In this document: positions 11,561 through 24,884 of the stretch, in pieces
Layout: each line of letters opens with the position of its first letter
Position numbering within the stretch: the stretch's first letter is position 1
Origin: Octopus bimaculoides
Lineage: Eukaryota
Length of the DNA stretch: 56,168 bases
Assembly (NCBI RefSeq): GCF_001194135.2
Contig: NC_068983.1
Span: 158,302,386 to 158,358,553 of the forward strand
Reading direction: 5' to 3'
The notes under the pieces: model-generated
The model's database searches: none
Told to the model about the DNA's origin: nothing
What the model saw: the letters and a program-made list of their open reading frames with translations, nothing else
Position numbers and translations under genes: made by a program

Positions 11561-12404
11561 AGTTGGAGTTACGACATGAGTTTACGCATTTGAAGATTGT
11601 ACATGATAGTGAGACTAGTAGAGTGGAGAAAATGAGTTTTGGAAGAGGTTTGTTGAGTACAAACAGTATGGAGTTGGAAGTATTTCAAACATGTAAATAT
11701 TAATGCTTTCTCAGTGGCTTCTTGATTTAAAAATTGTAAGATTTGGAACACATAGTAGAGACTTATAGTTTTCTTATAGTTTTCTTGCTAGCGTTACAAT
11801 GCTTCTAAAACACGTTTCAGCTGGTAGAGAGTGGAGACTTTCTTCATGTGTTCAAGGAACCTGAAATAAAGAATCATAAGTACAGTCCATCTGATATGTT
11901 TCTACTCGGTTCCATATCTCTAATCTCACCGACAAGGTATAGGCACTGGAATCGAACCAGGGATCTCATGTTTGCGAAGCGAACTTCTTAACCACTCAAC
12001 CGCACCTGCTTCAGAGCAGCTAAGCAGGCATCTGAAACCATTATCCATGATATTTCACTTCACGTCTCTCGGACAACAAACTTTATTATGTGATCAATTG
12101 AATAAGGGAATAAGGGGATTTGTTATTGGAAACTAGTGGGCTAAAGAAGTGCAATGATTGATAGTTAATATATTCACTGAGAAAGAACTATATATGTAAT
12201 TCTTAAATGAATATGCAATTCGATGTCATAAGGAGAAATTAGGATAGTTCTCTGTAAATCTACACAGGTATTTCAGACACACAAACATCTCTAAAACTAG
12301 ATGAATATGAAGACTGTTCTTCAATGTTGTCCAACCTGTTGATTGAACAGATTCTACTAACACACAAGGCTAGAATTTATTTCTATAAATAACATTATAG
12401 CCAC

Positions 12405-12580
12405 AGGCGTGACTGTGTGGTAAGAAGCTTGATTCACAACTACACGGTTATGGATTCAGTCTCACTGCGTGATACTTTGGGAAAGTGTCTTTTACTGTAG
12501 CCTCGGGCCGGCCAAAGCCCTGTGAGTGAATTTGGTAGACGGAAACTGAAAGAAGTCCTTCGTGTATGCGTGTATGTGTG
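12405..12580 (+). mobile_element. SINE family A, 5' half
   Basis: ggcgtgactgtgtggtaag (A box), ggattcagtc (B-box-like), then the body ending in (CA)n. Confidence 0.85.
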
Positions 12581-12620
12581 TATGTATATATATATTTTTG
12601 TTTTTCCCCCACCACAGTTT

Positions 12621-12711
<91 letters not shown>

Positions 12712-13155
12712 TCCTAAATTGATTCGGAGACCCTGTGACAGGTGATGGACACTATTTTCCATCTTAACAAAAAGTTCTAAAAATTATTTAGAAACAGCTT
12801 TTGAACCTCTTATCCACAAAAAATAGATATTTCTTTTTTAACATTGGAAGAAATACAGCATAATATCAAAATGATCAAACAAATACTATAGACTAGTCAT
12901 ATCAAAACTAAACACCTGACTGATGACGTACAAATGTAGAAAGCAAAATTTCAAATGCGCGCGCGCGTATGTGCGTGTGTAATAGGAAGTTTGTACCTTT
13001 TCCAATGCCTTCTTGTGAGGAATGAGACCATATCGCCATACCAGCTTACCTCCTTCGCTACTACAGTGATAATTTCCAATAATGCATGATATATATATAT
13101 ATATATATACACACATACACACGAACATACAGATATGTATATGCATATAAATGTG

Positions 13156-13194
<39 letters not shown>

Positions 13195-13408
13195 AGCTGA
13201 AACTAATGATAAAAATACTCCCACACACACACGCATTTACATATTTACACATATACAACATACACACATACACACACGCATATTATACATACTTGTTGGC
13301 ACGCAAAGATAGTGAGTATATATGAATGCAAGAGTAGAGATAATTATAGAAAGTACCAATAGAGAAGCCATTTTTGTATGAGAGAATATATGTAACTTAG
13401 CTTTATAG

Positions 13409-13508
13409 ATCAAAAGGAGATAAACGCTACCTTTGAACTGAGGCAAACAGATGTGGGTGGTCCGGATGGAGAATTCATTAGATCAAGACAAATAGAAAAT
13501 AGAAAAAA
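13409..13508 (+). CDS. Candidate coding exon 1 of an unidentified plus-strand gene (DQKEINATFELRQTDVGGPDGEFIRSRQIENRK)
   Basis: tatag| acceptor, open frame, weak |gtattt donor, phase 1 to 2. No homology recognised. Confidence 0.2.
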
Positions 13509-14542
13509 GTATTTGAAAAGTGCCAATATCATAAGCAGCAACTACTTCAACGTTCCCAAGGAAATTTGAGTGTTATTGATTTCTTTTTTTACTTTCATTT
13601 TATCACTATCGATATTTCAACTATAAAGACTAATATATGTTAACACCTGTTTTCTATAGGATATTTTCACTTATGATTCCTACTTTTGTTCCGTTGTTTA
13701 ACTTTTCTGAAAACTCACTTTTCTCTATAGGCGACACTTTAAACTAGTCTCAAATATATTAATTAGCGTGTATGTATATCAAGTTCAATAACTTTGTAAA
13801 AGTCTTACTGAGGATTTTGAATGTATGTACAGATGGAAAGACAATGTAGAAAATTATAGTCACTTATCTATTTGGTATCAAATGTGATGTAGAGAAAATA
13901 TCAGAGAAGAGAAAGAATATTTAGTGTATGCACAATCAACGTATTGTACTTTTTGGCTGGCACAGATATTAATATGCTTGTACTCAATGCTTGGAAGTTC
14001 CCGTTGTGTCTGCTATACACACTCCATTTATATAAGGGCACAGAACATATATGAAAATGAGCCGGTGGGTTGATTAACGTCTTTAGAAACTTGGACAAAC
14101 ACTCGATTTATCTACGAAACCAGATTCTTATTCGAAAATAAGTTACTTATATGTTTGAAGATTTCACAGTTATCTACAGAGGTGAAATAACCTTTCTTGA
14201 AACTACCTTATATACATTACATCTCCTTTAGATTGATATATCTTTATCATATACGAACAAGAGCTAACTACTAAATATGATATGAATAAGAATTATAGTG
14301 CCATCTCCTGCCGACTGGATGTACTAATGGTTTCTAGTGTTTGAAATATCAAACTAGTGTCGAGATATTTACTAATCCCCATAAAAAAATACCTTAAAAA
14401 GATTAGTCGATTCTTCCAGTTGAAAGGAAACCTATCCAATGCAGACGCAACTGCTTTGAAATTATTCTCTACAATATGGAAGAAAAGACGTAATGCTTTG
14501 TAAAAGCTAACATCTCAGCTATTTTGAAAATTCTGTTTATAG

Positions 14543-14638
14543 GAACGGTGAAGTAGTTTTTCCTGAGTTAGGAGAGAAATCTTCTGAAGACGAGGCATAT
14601 ATTTTATTCAGATCTACAGGATTCAAGACGTCTACGTT
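14543..14638 (+). CDS. Candidate coding exon 2 (NGEVVFPELGEKSSEDEAYILFRSTGFKTST)
   Basis: ttctgtttatag| acceptor, 96-nt open frame, |gtaagc donor, phase 2 to 2. Confidence 0.3.
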
Positions 14639-15199
14639 GTAAGCCAAAAAGTATAAGTATAATCGCATATTACAATACATTCCTTCGCATTTGTTCACAC
14701 GCACACATAACTGGTATATATATATGTGTGCGTGTGTGTGTGTTTTCTTCAATGACTCGAATTAATGCTCGAAGAAACGAAATGTTGAAAGAAATGGATT
14801 AGTTAATTGAACTGACGCCAGTATAATACTAGAGCTTTATTTTCACCAGAAGAATATAAATAAAGCCAATCTGATCACGATTTGAACTCAGAATGTAGTG
14901 CTCTGAGTTTGACGCTTACACTCTTACAGTCTGGCATCGCTTGTATTTCTGCTAACTCGCCACTCTGCCAAAATCAGAAATATTGATTTAGTGTGCAAAC
15001 AAAAGGCCGAAATAAAGTTGGGTAGAGTCGAATAAATGTAACAAACTCCATATAGAGGTCTTTTACAAGTATTTATTATATTAAATACAAAAGGATGAAG
15101 AGAAACGTTGACGGAAGTGCGATTTAAACTCTTTAATGATGAAGTTTAAAAAATGTGAGATATCTGAGGTGGTGCTATGCCATTCTTAATGTTGATTTC

Positions 15200-15790
15200 A
15201 AATTTTGGCACTAGGCTATCGATTTTCAACCCCAATGTTCAACTGATATTTATTCTATCGACCCCGAAAAGAACGTTAAGGACGGACGAAATGATGCTAA
15301 GCATTTTGACCGGTGTGCTAACGATTCTGCCAGCTCGCCGCCTTTGCCGTTGTTAATATTGGTTTCAAATTTTGGCACAAGGCCAGCAACTTCGGGAGAT
15401 GGTGTAAGTCGATTACGTCAACCCAATGACTCAACTGGTACTTATTTTTATCGCCCCGAACAGATGAAAGGTAAAGTCGACTTTTTTAAAATTTGAACTC
15501 AGACTGTAAAGATGGACGAAATGCTGCTAAACATTTTGCTTGGCGTGCTAACAATTCTGCCAATTTTCCGCTGTTCACAACCTTTATATTAATTTCAAAT
15601 TTTGGCACAAGACCAGGAAGGAGGGAGTAAGTCGATTGCATCTAGCTCAGTATTTTGTCGACCTCGAAAGGTGAAAGTCGACCTCGGCGAAATTTGAGCT
15701 CAGATCATGAAGATAGACGAAATGTCACAAAGCATTACGCCCGGCTTGCTAACGGTTCTGCCAGCACGCTACCTTTGTCGTTCTTAATAT
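15200..15790 (-). mobile_element. Head-to-tail run of about 3 SINE B copies
   Basis: Repeated tttcaaattttggcac...gctaacgattctgccagc units starting near 15196, 15363 and 15593. Confidence 0.8.
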
Positions 15791-16025
15791 TGATTGTTTT
15801 GCAAACGGAAACAAAATAAGCTTGCTACATTATCACGACCGTCTCTTTGCTGGCTATAAGAGAAATAAATATCGCTGATTTCCATTTTTGTTTCGAATCT
15901 TGACTGAAACTATTTAGCTTTATTTAGCTTTATTTCTACCAGTAATACCTAGGAATGAGTGAATCTCTGAACCTCTATACGGTCGCAACCTACTTTTCCA
16001 AATTTCTCTCAAACAACACACTCAC

Positions 16026-16060
16026 CTCAAGAACCTAAGATCACTTTTGATACATTACGT
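16026..16060 (-). other. Candidate 35-nt non-coding (UTR) exon
   Basis: Minus strand ttcatttcag|...cttgag|gtgagt. All three frames contain stops. Confidence 0.2.
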
Positions 16061-16368
16061 CTGAAATGAATGATGGGATGGTTACAGCTTAGATATCAGT
16101 AATCTCTTGGTTCTTTCTTCATAATTTCTGTTATATTGCTTCAAAACTATTGACAGGATTATTTCAGTTGCTTTAAAGCAATATGATTCTCTCTTGGCTC
16201 TTGGTTCTTTGACAGGACTGCATCAGCTAATTTAGCGTGCATAAAAAGTAAGGGTACATGCTCACTACCGAGAATCATAATCGGGTTGATGGTTCCGTTG
16301 CCATTTATTCCACTGCCCTGATATTGATATTAACATTTTTTTATTCACTTCATCATGATCCTTTTTAG

Positions 16369-16457
16369 GGTTTCCGAGACTGGCAGGAGAGAAAAAAAGT
16401 ATCCTAAAATCGGAGACTTAACTCGAATGTTTGCAATAGAGTGGACAAGTGGTAGTG
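16369..16457 (+). CDS. Candidate coding exon 3 (VSETGRREKKYPKIGDLTRMFAIEWTSGS)
   Basis: Pyrimidine-rich ctttttag| acceptor and open frame. Possible phase-1 donors after 16451, 16457 and 16469. Confidence 0.22.
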
Positions 16458-16779
16458 GTAATAAGCCAGGTCACAAATTAAATCTAAAACTGCCTTGCCC
16501 GAAATATATTTCGGTTTATTTTCAACGTAGCTCAATTACCATATTTAGGCAGGTGAAAGTGGGAAATATGATGCCCTTTTGAGACATCATTAGCAGGGTT
16601 TAATAATATCAAATAGGGATCGTACTTTGTCGTATTAGTGTCTTACCTTTAACAGTATAGGATTCACCAACTCAAGTAAATAATAATGCCTTACATTGGT
16701 ACAACACTACACATGCTTAAAAGAGTTAATTGAATCAAAGTCCTGATGAGTATTTTAAAGAACCTAGAAAAAGGACATC

Positions 16780-17220
16780 GGAATTTGAACTCAAGAAGCT
16801 GTGCCAAAGCTGGATATTATCACAAGGCTAGCTTGCACTCGACCGTTTCTGCCATTTCATTGCTACCTCCTTGAATAAACATTCTTTTCTACTCAAGGCA
16901 CAAGGCCCAAAATTTTGGGGGAGGGGCCAGTCGATTATGCAACTGGTATGCAACTGGTACTTAATTTATCGACCCCGAAAGGATTAAAAGTAAAGTCGAC
17001 CGCGGCGGAATTTGAACTCAAAATGTAACGACAGACGAAATATTTCTTTACTGCCCACAAGGGACTAAACATAGAGGAAACAAACAAGAACAGACAAAGG
17101 GATTAAGTCGATTAAAAGTAAAGTCGACATCGGTGGAATTCGAACTCAGAACGTAAAGACAAAGGAAATACCGCTAAGCATTTCGCCCGTCGTTCTAACG
17201 TTTCTGCCAGCTCGCTACCT
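16780..17220 (-). mobile_element. SINE family B, composite long form
   Basis: Two gtcgac...gaatttgaactc units plus the cccacaagggactaaacatagagg segment. Confidence 0.8.
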
Positions 17221-17790
17221 TCCCTGAATAAATATTAAAAACATAATAGATAAGGCTTTTACAAGTAGTTGGCTGCTTATGTATTTATATGTATCTAAAC
17301 ATATGTTCTTGATAGGTAGTCCACAGAGTTCAGAAAATACTGATCGTTGACTATAATTGTCTGTCATACACCCATTACAACCATTCAGATAATACATGAA
17401 TAATAAATAATTAAATAGATAAATAAACAAATAAATAAGAGACATAGTTTAGTTACTAGAATAATAGCAAATGGAAATATATGTATAAAAAAATTCTTGA
17501 TAAATAAGTAAATCCGATCTATCCCCACACCATTGTAATGTACATTTTAGGAAAAAACGTAAACGTCTCATATTTATCCGATAAATTTTAAGTCATTTAA
17601 TGTAAAACACACTCACACACGTGCACACATAAGAAACACACACAGACATATATGTATTTAGATATGTATGGCAGTGAAGCAAACTTTTTGTAACCACTCA
17701 GCTACAATATAATGTGTATGTATGTTTGTGTGTATATATAAACCTTATATATATGTGTGTGTGTTTGTATGTATATATATGTGTATATGT

Positions 17791-18104
17791 GGAGGCGCAA
17801 TGGCCCAGTAGTTGGGGCAGCGGATTCGCCGTCATAGGAGGCTCCGGCAGGGGATGGTGGCGAACCCTGCTGTACTCTTCCACCACAACTTTCTCTCACT
17901 CTTACTTCCTGTTTCTGTTGTGCTTGTAATTCAAAGGGTCAGCCTTGTCACACTGTGTCACGCTGAATATCCCCGAGAACTACGTTAAGGGTACACGTGT
18001 CTGTGGAGTGCTCAACCACTTGCACGTTAATTTCACGAGCAGGCTGTTCCGTTGATCGGATCAACTGGAACCCTCGGCGTCGTAAGCGACGGAGTGCCAA
18101 CAAC
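17791..18104 (+). mobile_element. tRNA-derived SINE (family D) with CAA tail
   Basis: A-box-like ggcgcaatggcccagtag, body shared with 3670-3850 and 20100-20160, 3' end gacggagtgccaacaac. Confidence 0.8.
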
Positions 18105-18854
18105 ATATGTGTGTATAAATATGTACATATATATGTATGTATGTATGTTTACATACAGGAAATTAAGGCAACCGAAGTTTCGGGCTTTAATAACTATTAA
18201 TAACTGTGGTAAGATATGAAATTTAAACATCATTATAGAAGCTTAGTGTGTCTTCTTTTTGTTTCAGACTAAATAAATTCAGATTTATAAATAAAGTGAA
18301 TCTAATTTTGTTATTCACTTATCCCAGAAAAATTCTAGAAAATATTATAGAGGTTTAAATTTTGATAATTTTTACCCAATCAGAAAACAAGATTTGGAAA
18401 CTGGTGTTTTCTGCATGATAGTTGTCAATCTCAACATTACGGAGGCTGAAGTCAGTTCAACTAAACTAGGGTTTCTCAATCATTTTTTACCTATTGACTC
18501 CTTTAATTACTCTTTTACATGGGTGGATCTCCATAGCCATTCGATATTTAAAAAATACTTTTGCATTTTTAATAATTAAATAATATTAGGACTTATATAA
18601 AAATATAAATATTTTGTGTATTGTGGACGTAAAACCAATTAATTGCACATAAACTGTACTTGTCTGAAGCACAATTTTTTCATGGCCCCTAAAAAATTAC
18701 CGTGACCTCTCCATTTACTATATTGCATCCGTGGACCTCCAAAAATCTTGTACGGACCCCCAGGCCCCATATAGATCCCGGTTGAAAACCTCTGATGTAA
18801 ACAATCAATGCATTTTTTTGTAGCGAAAATTCGAAAATAAAAGTTTGAGATACA

Positions 18855-19020
18855 CTCTCGGACTTTCTCAAACGAATGACAATTTTCGTATATCCTTTGC
18901 CACATCAACTCGGAGAAATACAAGTCAACCATAGAACGTTCTATGGTTGATTCGTATTTCCCCGAGTTGATGTGACAAAGGATATACGAAAATTGTCATT
19001 CGTTTGAGAAAGTCCGGGAG
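18855..19020. repeat. 166-bp spacerless palindrome (83-bp arms, 5 mismatches)
   Basis: Centre ...ccatagaac|gttctatgg... at 18937/18938. Arms compared base by base. Confidence 0.95.
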
Positions 19021-19119
19021 CGGAAAGAACTGTGGCAGATTGACTACACTGGTAGAAATTTGCTGCACTATGCGTCTCACAACGCAGGTGGAACAAAGTG
19101 CTGGTGATTTTTTTCTCAA

Positions 19120-19303
19120 TTGTTTTAATCATTTGACTGCGGCCGTTCCGGTGCACCGCCTTGAACGGTTTTAGTCGAACAAATGGCCTCCAGGACTTAC
19201 GTTTTTAAAGCTTAGTACTTATTCTGTCGGTCACCTTTGCGAACCACTAAGTTAAAGGGACGTGAACAAACCAACACCAGTTGTCAAGCGGTAGTAGAGA
19301 GAT

Positions 19304-19365
<62 letters not shown>

Positions 19366-19416
19366 TGGGTTTCTTTCAGTTTTCGTCTACCAAATCANNN
19401 NNNNNNNNNNNNNNNN

Positions 19417-19477
<61 letters not shown>

Positions 19478-19640
19478 TGGGTTTCTTTCAGTTTTCGTCT
19501 ACCAAATCAACTCACAAGGCTTTGGTCGACTCGATGCTATAGTAGAAGACATTTGCCCAAGGTTCCACGCAGTTGGAGTGAAACTGAAACCATATGGCTG
19601 CGAAGCAAGTTTCTTACCACACAGCCATGACTGCGCCTAT
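19120..19640 (-). mobile_element. SINE family A spanning a small assembly gap
   Basis: Body and head match the 22660 copy. Sequence is duplicated across the Ns at 19398-19416. Confidence 0.85.
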
Positions 19641-20748
19641 TTATTCAGAAAGTCGAACATTTTAATTAGGAATCAGTAACTTGGGATCGAATCCCTCCTG
19701 TAACCTGCTTAATAGCCTAGTTTTCTCAGTTTAAGATGTTCAGCAGAGAATTTTTTTTCAAAAGATTTGGAGAAAGGGTACCAGAAAACATTGCCTTAGA
19801 ATTGATGTTGAAGACAAGAAAAAAAGAAAGTCTGCAGCGATGTTTGAAAATCATATGAATTATATGACATATTATTTAAAAGCAAGTTATATATCTTTAT
19901 ATATGAAGTGGTTATGATTTGATAAAGCATGATTTGGTGATACAGTTGTAAAAGAGTGATATCAGAAGATAGTTTTATTTATCATCCATTCAAAGTTTTT
20001 TTCAGAAATACCCTACTTAGCTGTTATTTCAAAGTTACAAAGAACGTGAAATTGTATCTAATGCATAAAAGAACAAGTGCATTTCCAATTTAACTTAATA
20101 AACTGTTCCGTTGATGGAATCAACTGGAACCCTCGTCGTCGTAACCGACGGAGTGCCAACAAGTAATGTATACTTATATATCTATGTGTATATACATGTA
20201 TATGTATGTGTACACACACACACACACACATAATACACGCGCGCGCGCGCACACATATATAATTACTATTGAACACTTAATATACGTATAAATGTAGCTA
20301 TATACACTTTCAGACACAGCTCAGACCTTCAACACATACTCATCTATATGCTTCAATCAAAGTATATGTATGTGTACGCGTAAGTGTTTTTTATGTGTAT
20401 GTGTGTTGTGTGTGTATGCATTTCTAAGATTACACACACACACACACACACACATACGCACACAGATACACACACAATATATATACATGCATATATATAT
20501 ACATACATATTATATATTTATATATATAATGTTTAGCTTATGTAGCTATATATGTGTTTATTGGTATTCATGTAGGTTTTTAAGAATTGTCTATATGGAA
20601 GGAATGCGAAATATTGCTTTTAATCTTCATATATTGGTCTCGGGTTCGTTTTGTTTTTGGTTCAATTTAAAATATGCCGTTAATTTAAAGATCATGTAAC
20701 ATGTTGAGATTTCAAAATGCGTCACTATCGCATCTTAACCATCCTCAG

Positions 20749-20804
20749 TTGAAGATGATGAAGCTCAAGAAGGGGAAGATGTTCAGGAGGAGGCGACGAT
20801 GTGA
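20749..20804 (+). CDS. Candidate terminal coding exon (VEDDEAQEGEDVQEEATM*)
   Basis: cttaac...catcctcag| acceptor, GAA/GAT-rich acidic frame ending at TGA 20802-20804, phase-1 start. Confidence 0.3.
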
Positions 20805-21894
20805 CGAGACAGAACTCCTTTTCAATGGGAAACAGGTGGCTCTAAGTAAACTATGGGACTATGAATTCTTGTCAGTAAAGGATTCTTCTGATAGAATCCG
20901 ACAGGCTAGACAGTAACTAAAGTTTCGTATATATTGAGATTTTTTTAAATCTTTTATTTTATCCACAAAAGCAAAAAGACAACAACAACAACAACTCTGT
21001 ATTAGGACAAAAACAAATAACAGGACATCAAAAGAGTAGAGGAGCTGAAAGAAAATTATAGAGAATAGTGAATTAGGAAGATGTAACTCGTAAAATTGTA
21101 AGAGCAGATGGTGAATATTGTAATAAAACTCAGAAATAAGCCTGAAGGGTTCTTCGTATAGGACTGTAAACGTTAATGTAGTTTATAACGGAAGAATGAA
21201 CTTCAGTAAGTATGCAAAGAGAATTGAGTGACAACATAAAATGGCTAGAACACGTATCAAGTTCTGTCAAATCTCAAAAATACTGACCTTACTTTAATAT
21301 TCTTGCACGTGACCGTTATTTTTGATCGAGGCAAAAACCATAGAACTTTCTGGTTTGTATTAACTCAATACACTGCGTCTCTATTATTTGACTTAAGCAA
21401 ATAAATAAACACAAATATTCGCCAAAATCAACATGTACGCCTGCACATATAAATACACACAAACAACCATGCGTACATATGGAGCTGTTTATGATTGCCT
21501 GCTCATACAAATAACGCAAAACACACACATACATGTCTACATATGTAGAGCATTACATACATATATGACTACCAATCTAGGCATAGTTATAAAAACATAC
21601 ATTTAAAGATATTAGATTAAAAGAGCAATAAAAACAGCACTCACACATAGCTAATCCTAATTCGCTTCATCTGTTATTCACTTCATAGAAACAGTGCAGT
21701 GAAGAGCCTTTCCAAACTATAAGTTAGTCATCTCAGAGAGACAAAAAAACAACTTTTGTTGGGTTTTATTGGTAACAAACCCTAAAAGATATTTTTAAAA
21801 CAGGGTGGGAATTCTATAAAGGTTTGATACAGCTTATAAAAGGTCTCTCATTGGACATCAATATTTGTCAAACCGTACTTCAAATACTCATACA

Positions 21895-21941
<47 letters not shown>

Positions 21942-22029
21942 ATTCATACACACACATACACACGCACAAGCACACACACATACACACACGAACACGAATA
22001 CATGAGAAAAGTATGTCCAAACAAAGATT

Positions 22030-22276
22030 CTATCCCTTCATTCAGCCTCGGTGAATGTAGCCATGACCAGATGGAGTTGGTGCTCTCCAGTGATGTTCAG
22101 CGATAACTGAGATAACTGGGTGCTTCGACCTTGAATTGTAACGCCCCCTCCGTTGGCGAGGCAGAAACGGGGGCTACATTTACTGTTCATCTTCTCCTCA
22201 CTTTCAGTTGAGTTCCTCTTTCTTATTTTCTAATCAAGAAGTTTTTCGGCCGTATCTTCATCCTGCTAACGGCTAT

Positions 22277-22375
<99 letters not shown>

Positions 22376-22610
22376 ATTTCAAAATATGTGAATATTCTCG
22401 ATATTAACTGGCACAGAATCTTCTGCTGTTATCCTTTCATCTTGTAATCGTGCAAAAGATTCGATAAGTTCACTCTCTTCCAGTCAGAAGATTGGATCAC
22501 AGCATTCTTCCCAGACGACAGTAAGTCCGATTAGGATGATCTTCTTCGTCTCTTCAGTCTACAGAACCAAACTCAGAGTGATTCCCTGGAGAGCTTGTAC
22601 TGATTGATAC
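22030..22610 (-). mobile_element. HERO-like RLE non-LTR retrotransposon 3' relic interrupted by (CT)n
   Basis: LSLVL*TEETKKIILIGLTVVWEEC resembles RPDLVLWSxxTKKIILxELTVPWEE. It is followed by HDYKMKG* (compare xxCRxKGW). Confidence 0.6.
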
Positions 22611-22659
22611 CTTTCTCCCAGAGTATGGTAGTGGTGTAATATTGCATACTCTTTTACTC

Positions 22660-23062
22660 TTTTACTTGTTTCAGTCATTTAACTGCTGCCATGCTGGAGC
22701 ACCGCCTTTAGTCGAGCAAATCGACCGCGGGACTTATTCTTTGTAAGCCTAGTACTTATTCTATCGGTCACTTTTGCCGAACCGCTAAGTGACGGGGACA
22801 TAAACACACTAGCATCGGTTGTCAAGCAATGCTAGGGGGACAAACACAGACACACAAACACATACACACACACACACATATATATATATACATATATACG
22901 ACGGGCTTCTTTCAGTTTCCGTCTACCAAATCCACCCACAAGGCTTTGGTCGGCCCGAGGCTATATAGTAGAAGACACTTGCCCAAGATGCCACGCAGTG
23001 GGACTGAACCCGGAACTATGTGGTTGGTAAGCAAGCTACTTACCACACAGCCACTCCTGCGC
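22660..23062 (-). mobile_element. SINE family A, near full length
   Basis: Reverse complement: gcgcaggagtggctgtgtggtaagtagc...ccgggttcagtcccactgcgtggcatcttgggcaagtgtcttc...tgactgaaacaagtaaaagagt. Confidence 0.9.
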
Positions 23063-23272
23063 ATGTATAAGATAATGAAGAATTGATCTGTACACGTTGA
23101 CTAAATCTAGCCAAACCAATGTCCCCATTGTTATTTATTTCTGGGGTTGCTCGAATCCTTTAACTTCTCTCTCTGTCTAAGAGTGTATCCCAGTGTATCC
23201 CAGACATGCACAGAAGCCTGGGCCCCTACTTTTCTCGATAGTGGCGTTGATATATTCGCTTTCGCTCATGTG

Positions 23273-23315
<43 letters not shown>

Positions 23316-23645
23316 GTTATAATGTGCTGTATATATGTGACAAATAACCAATCATATAAAAAATAAAAATATATGATACTCCAAATCTACATCTGTGGTT
23401 GCGTAGTAAATTGGCTTAGGTGCACCAGCTGTAGTATACTCTATAACTCTATAATATGCTAATGGGAAAAGGAAGAGGAAACCGGCATCAATGATATTTC
23501 AATATATTCGTTTTTAAGTTTGTATCTATAATGCATTATTGTTGCTCCTCTATGTAATATTTGCCTTAAATCTTCAGTGATAGAAAATTATAAGAAAACG
23601 AGGAGAATAGTTCGATCGCCAACTTGTGTGTGCTTGTGTGTGTGC

Positions 23646-23694
<49 letters not shown>

Positions 23695-23929
23695 CACGTA
23701 TGCGTGCATCTATGTGCGCACCCCTATATGTCTATTAACTGTAGCTCGTTCCATGATTTGGCTAATTGTTTTAGGCGCCCATTTAGTTGCTTTTAGATAT
23801 GGGCAACTTCTCGGCTCTCACACCCTTGTCTTGGGGTGTGAACAGACGCGATGTGACAGCAGAAAGGGTAGAGGGCTGCTGCGTCAGTAAGAGATAGAAT
23901 GGTGCTCATTTTTTACTCGAGAGTACAGT

Positions 23930-24200
23930 TCACTACCTAAACTATGTTGGAGCACTGCTTTAAAGGGTTTTAGTCGAAGAAATCGACGCTAGGACTTATT
24001 CTTTGTGAACCTAGTACGCATTCTATCGATCACTTTTGCCGAAGTGTTAAAGAGATGGGGACATAACGACACCAGCATCGGTTGTCAGACGATGGCGAGA
24101 GGACAAACACAGATACACACACATAAACACACACACACACATATATATACATACATATGCAACGGACTTCTTTCAGTTACCGTCTACCCAATCCACTCAC
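23930..24200 (-). mobile_element. SINE family A, partial
   Basis: Body matches 22660-22940. Confidence 0.8.
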
Positions 24201-24247
24201 AAGTGGGACTGTACACGGAGACGGAACACCAGACAGCTAAGACTGCG

Positions 24248-24345
<98 letters not shown>

Positions 24346-24517
24346 TCTCTTCTCTCTTTTTTCTCTCCTTGTTTATCCCCCTGTGGGAGAGCGTAGGCTT
24401 GAAACATTAAGCTTCCATTTTGGTTGAGCCTTAAACTAATGTATACTATCTGTTGTTCTTTCACACTGCTTTTCAGACATTTTTTGGTAATTTTAGACCG
24501 TATAGATAGATAGGTAG

Positions 24518-24594
<77 letters not shown>

Positions 24595-24827
24595 GTGTAG
24601 ATATATCATTATATATATAATATAAACAGTGTGTGTGTGTGTGTGTGCAAGTGTTATGTATGAGTCATTATAAATGCTTATGGGGAGTGGGATGGAATTT
24701 TTTATTGCAAATAATTGTGCCTGTGTTCGTATATATTTGGTGGGTCAAAATAAGTATCTATAATTATAATGATAGATATAAATGGTGGTTGGTTAGTTGA
24801 CTTCTCTAGTCACGTTTTACACTGTAT

Positions 24828-24884
<57 letters not shown>

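Noticed and set aside
19330-19510. Internal duplication within a SINE
   Set aside because: Identical sequence on both sides of a 19-N gap next to (CA)n. Assembly overlap artefact.
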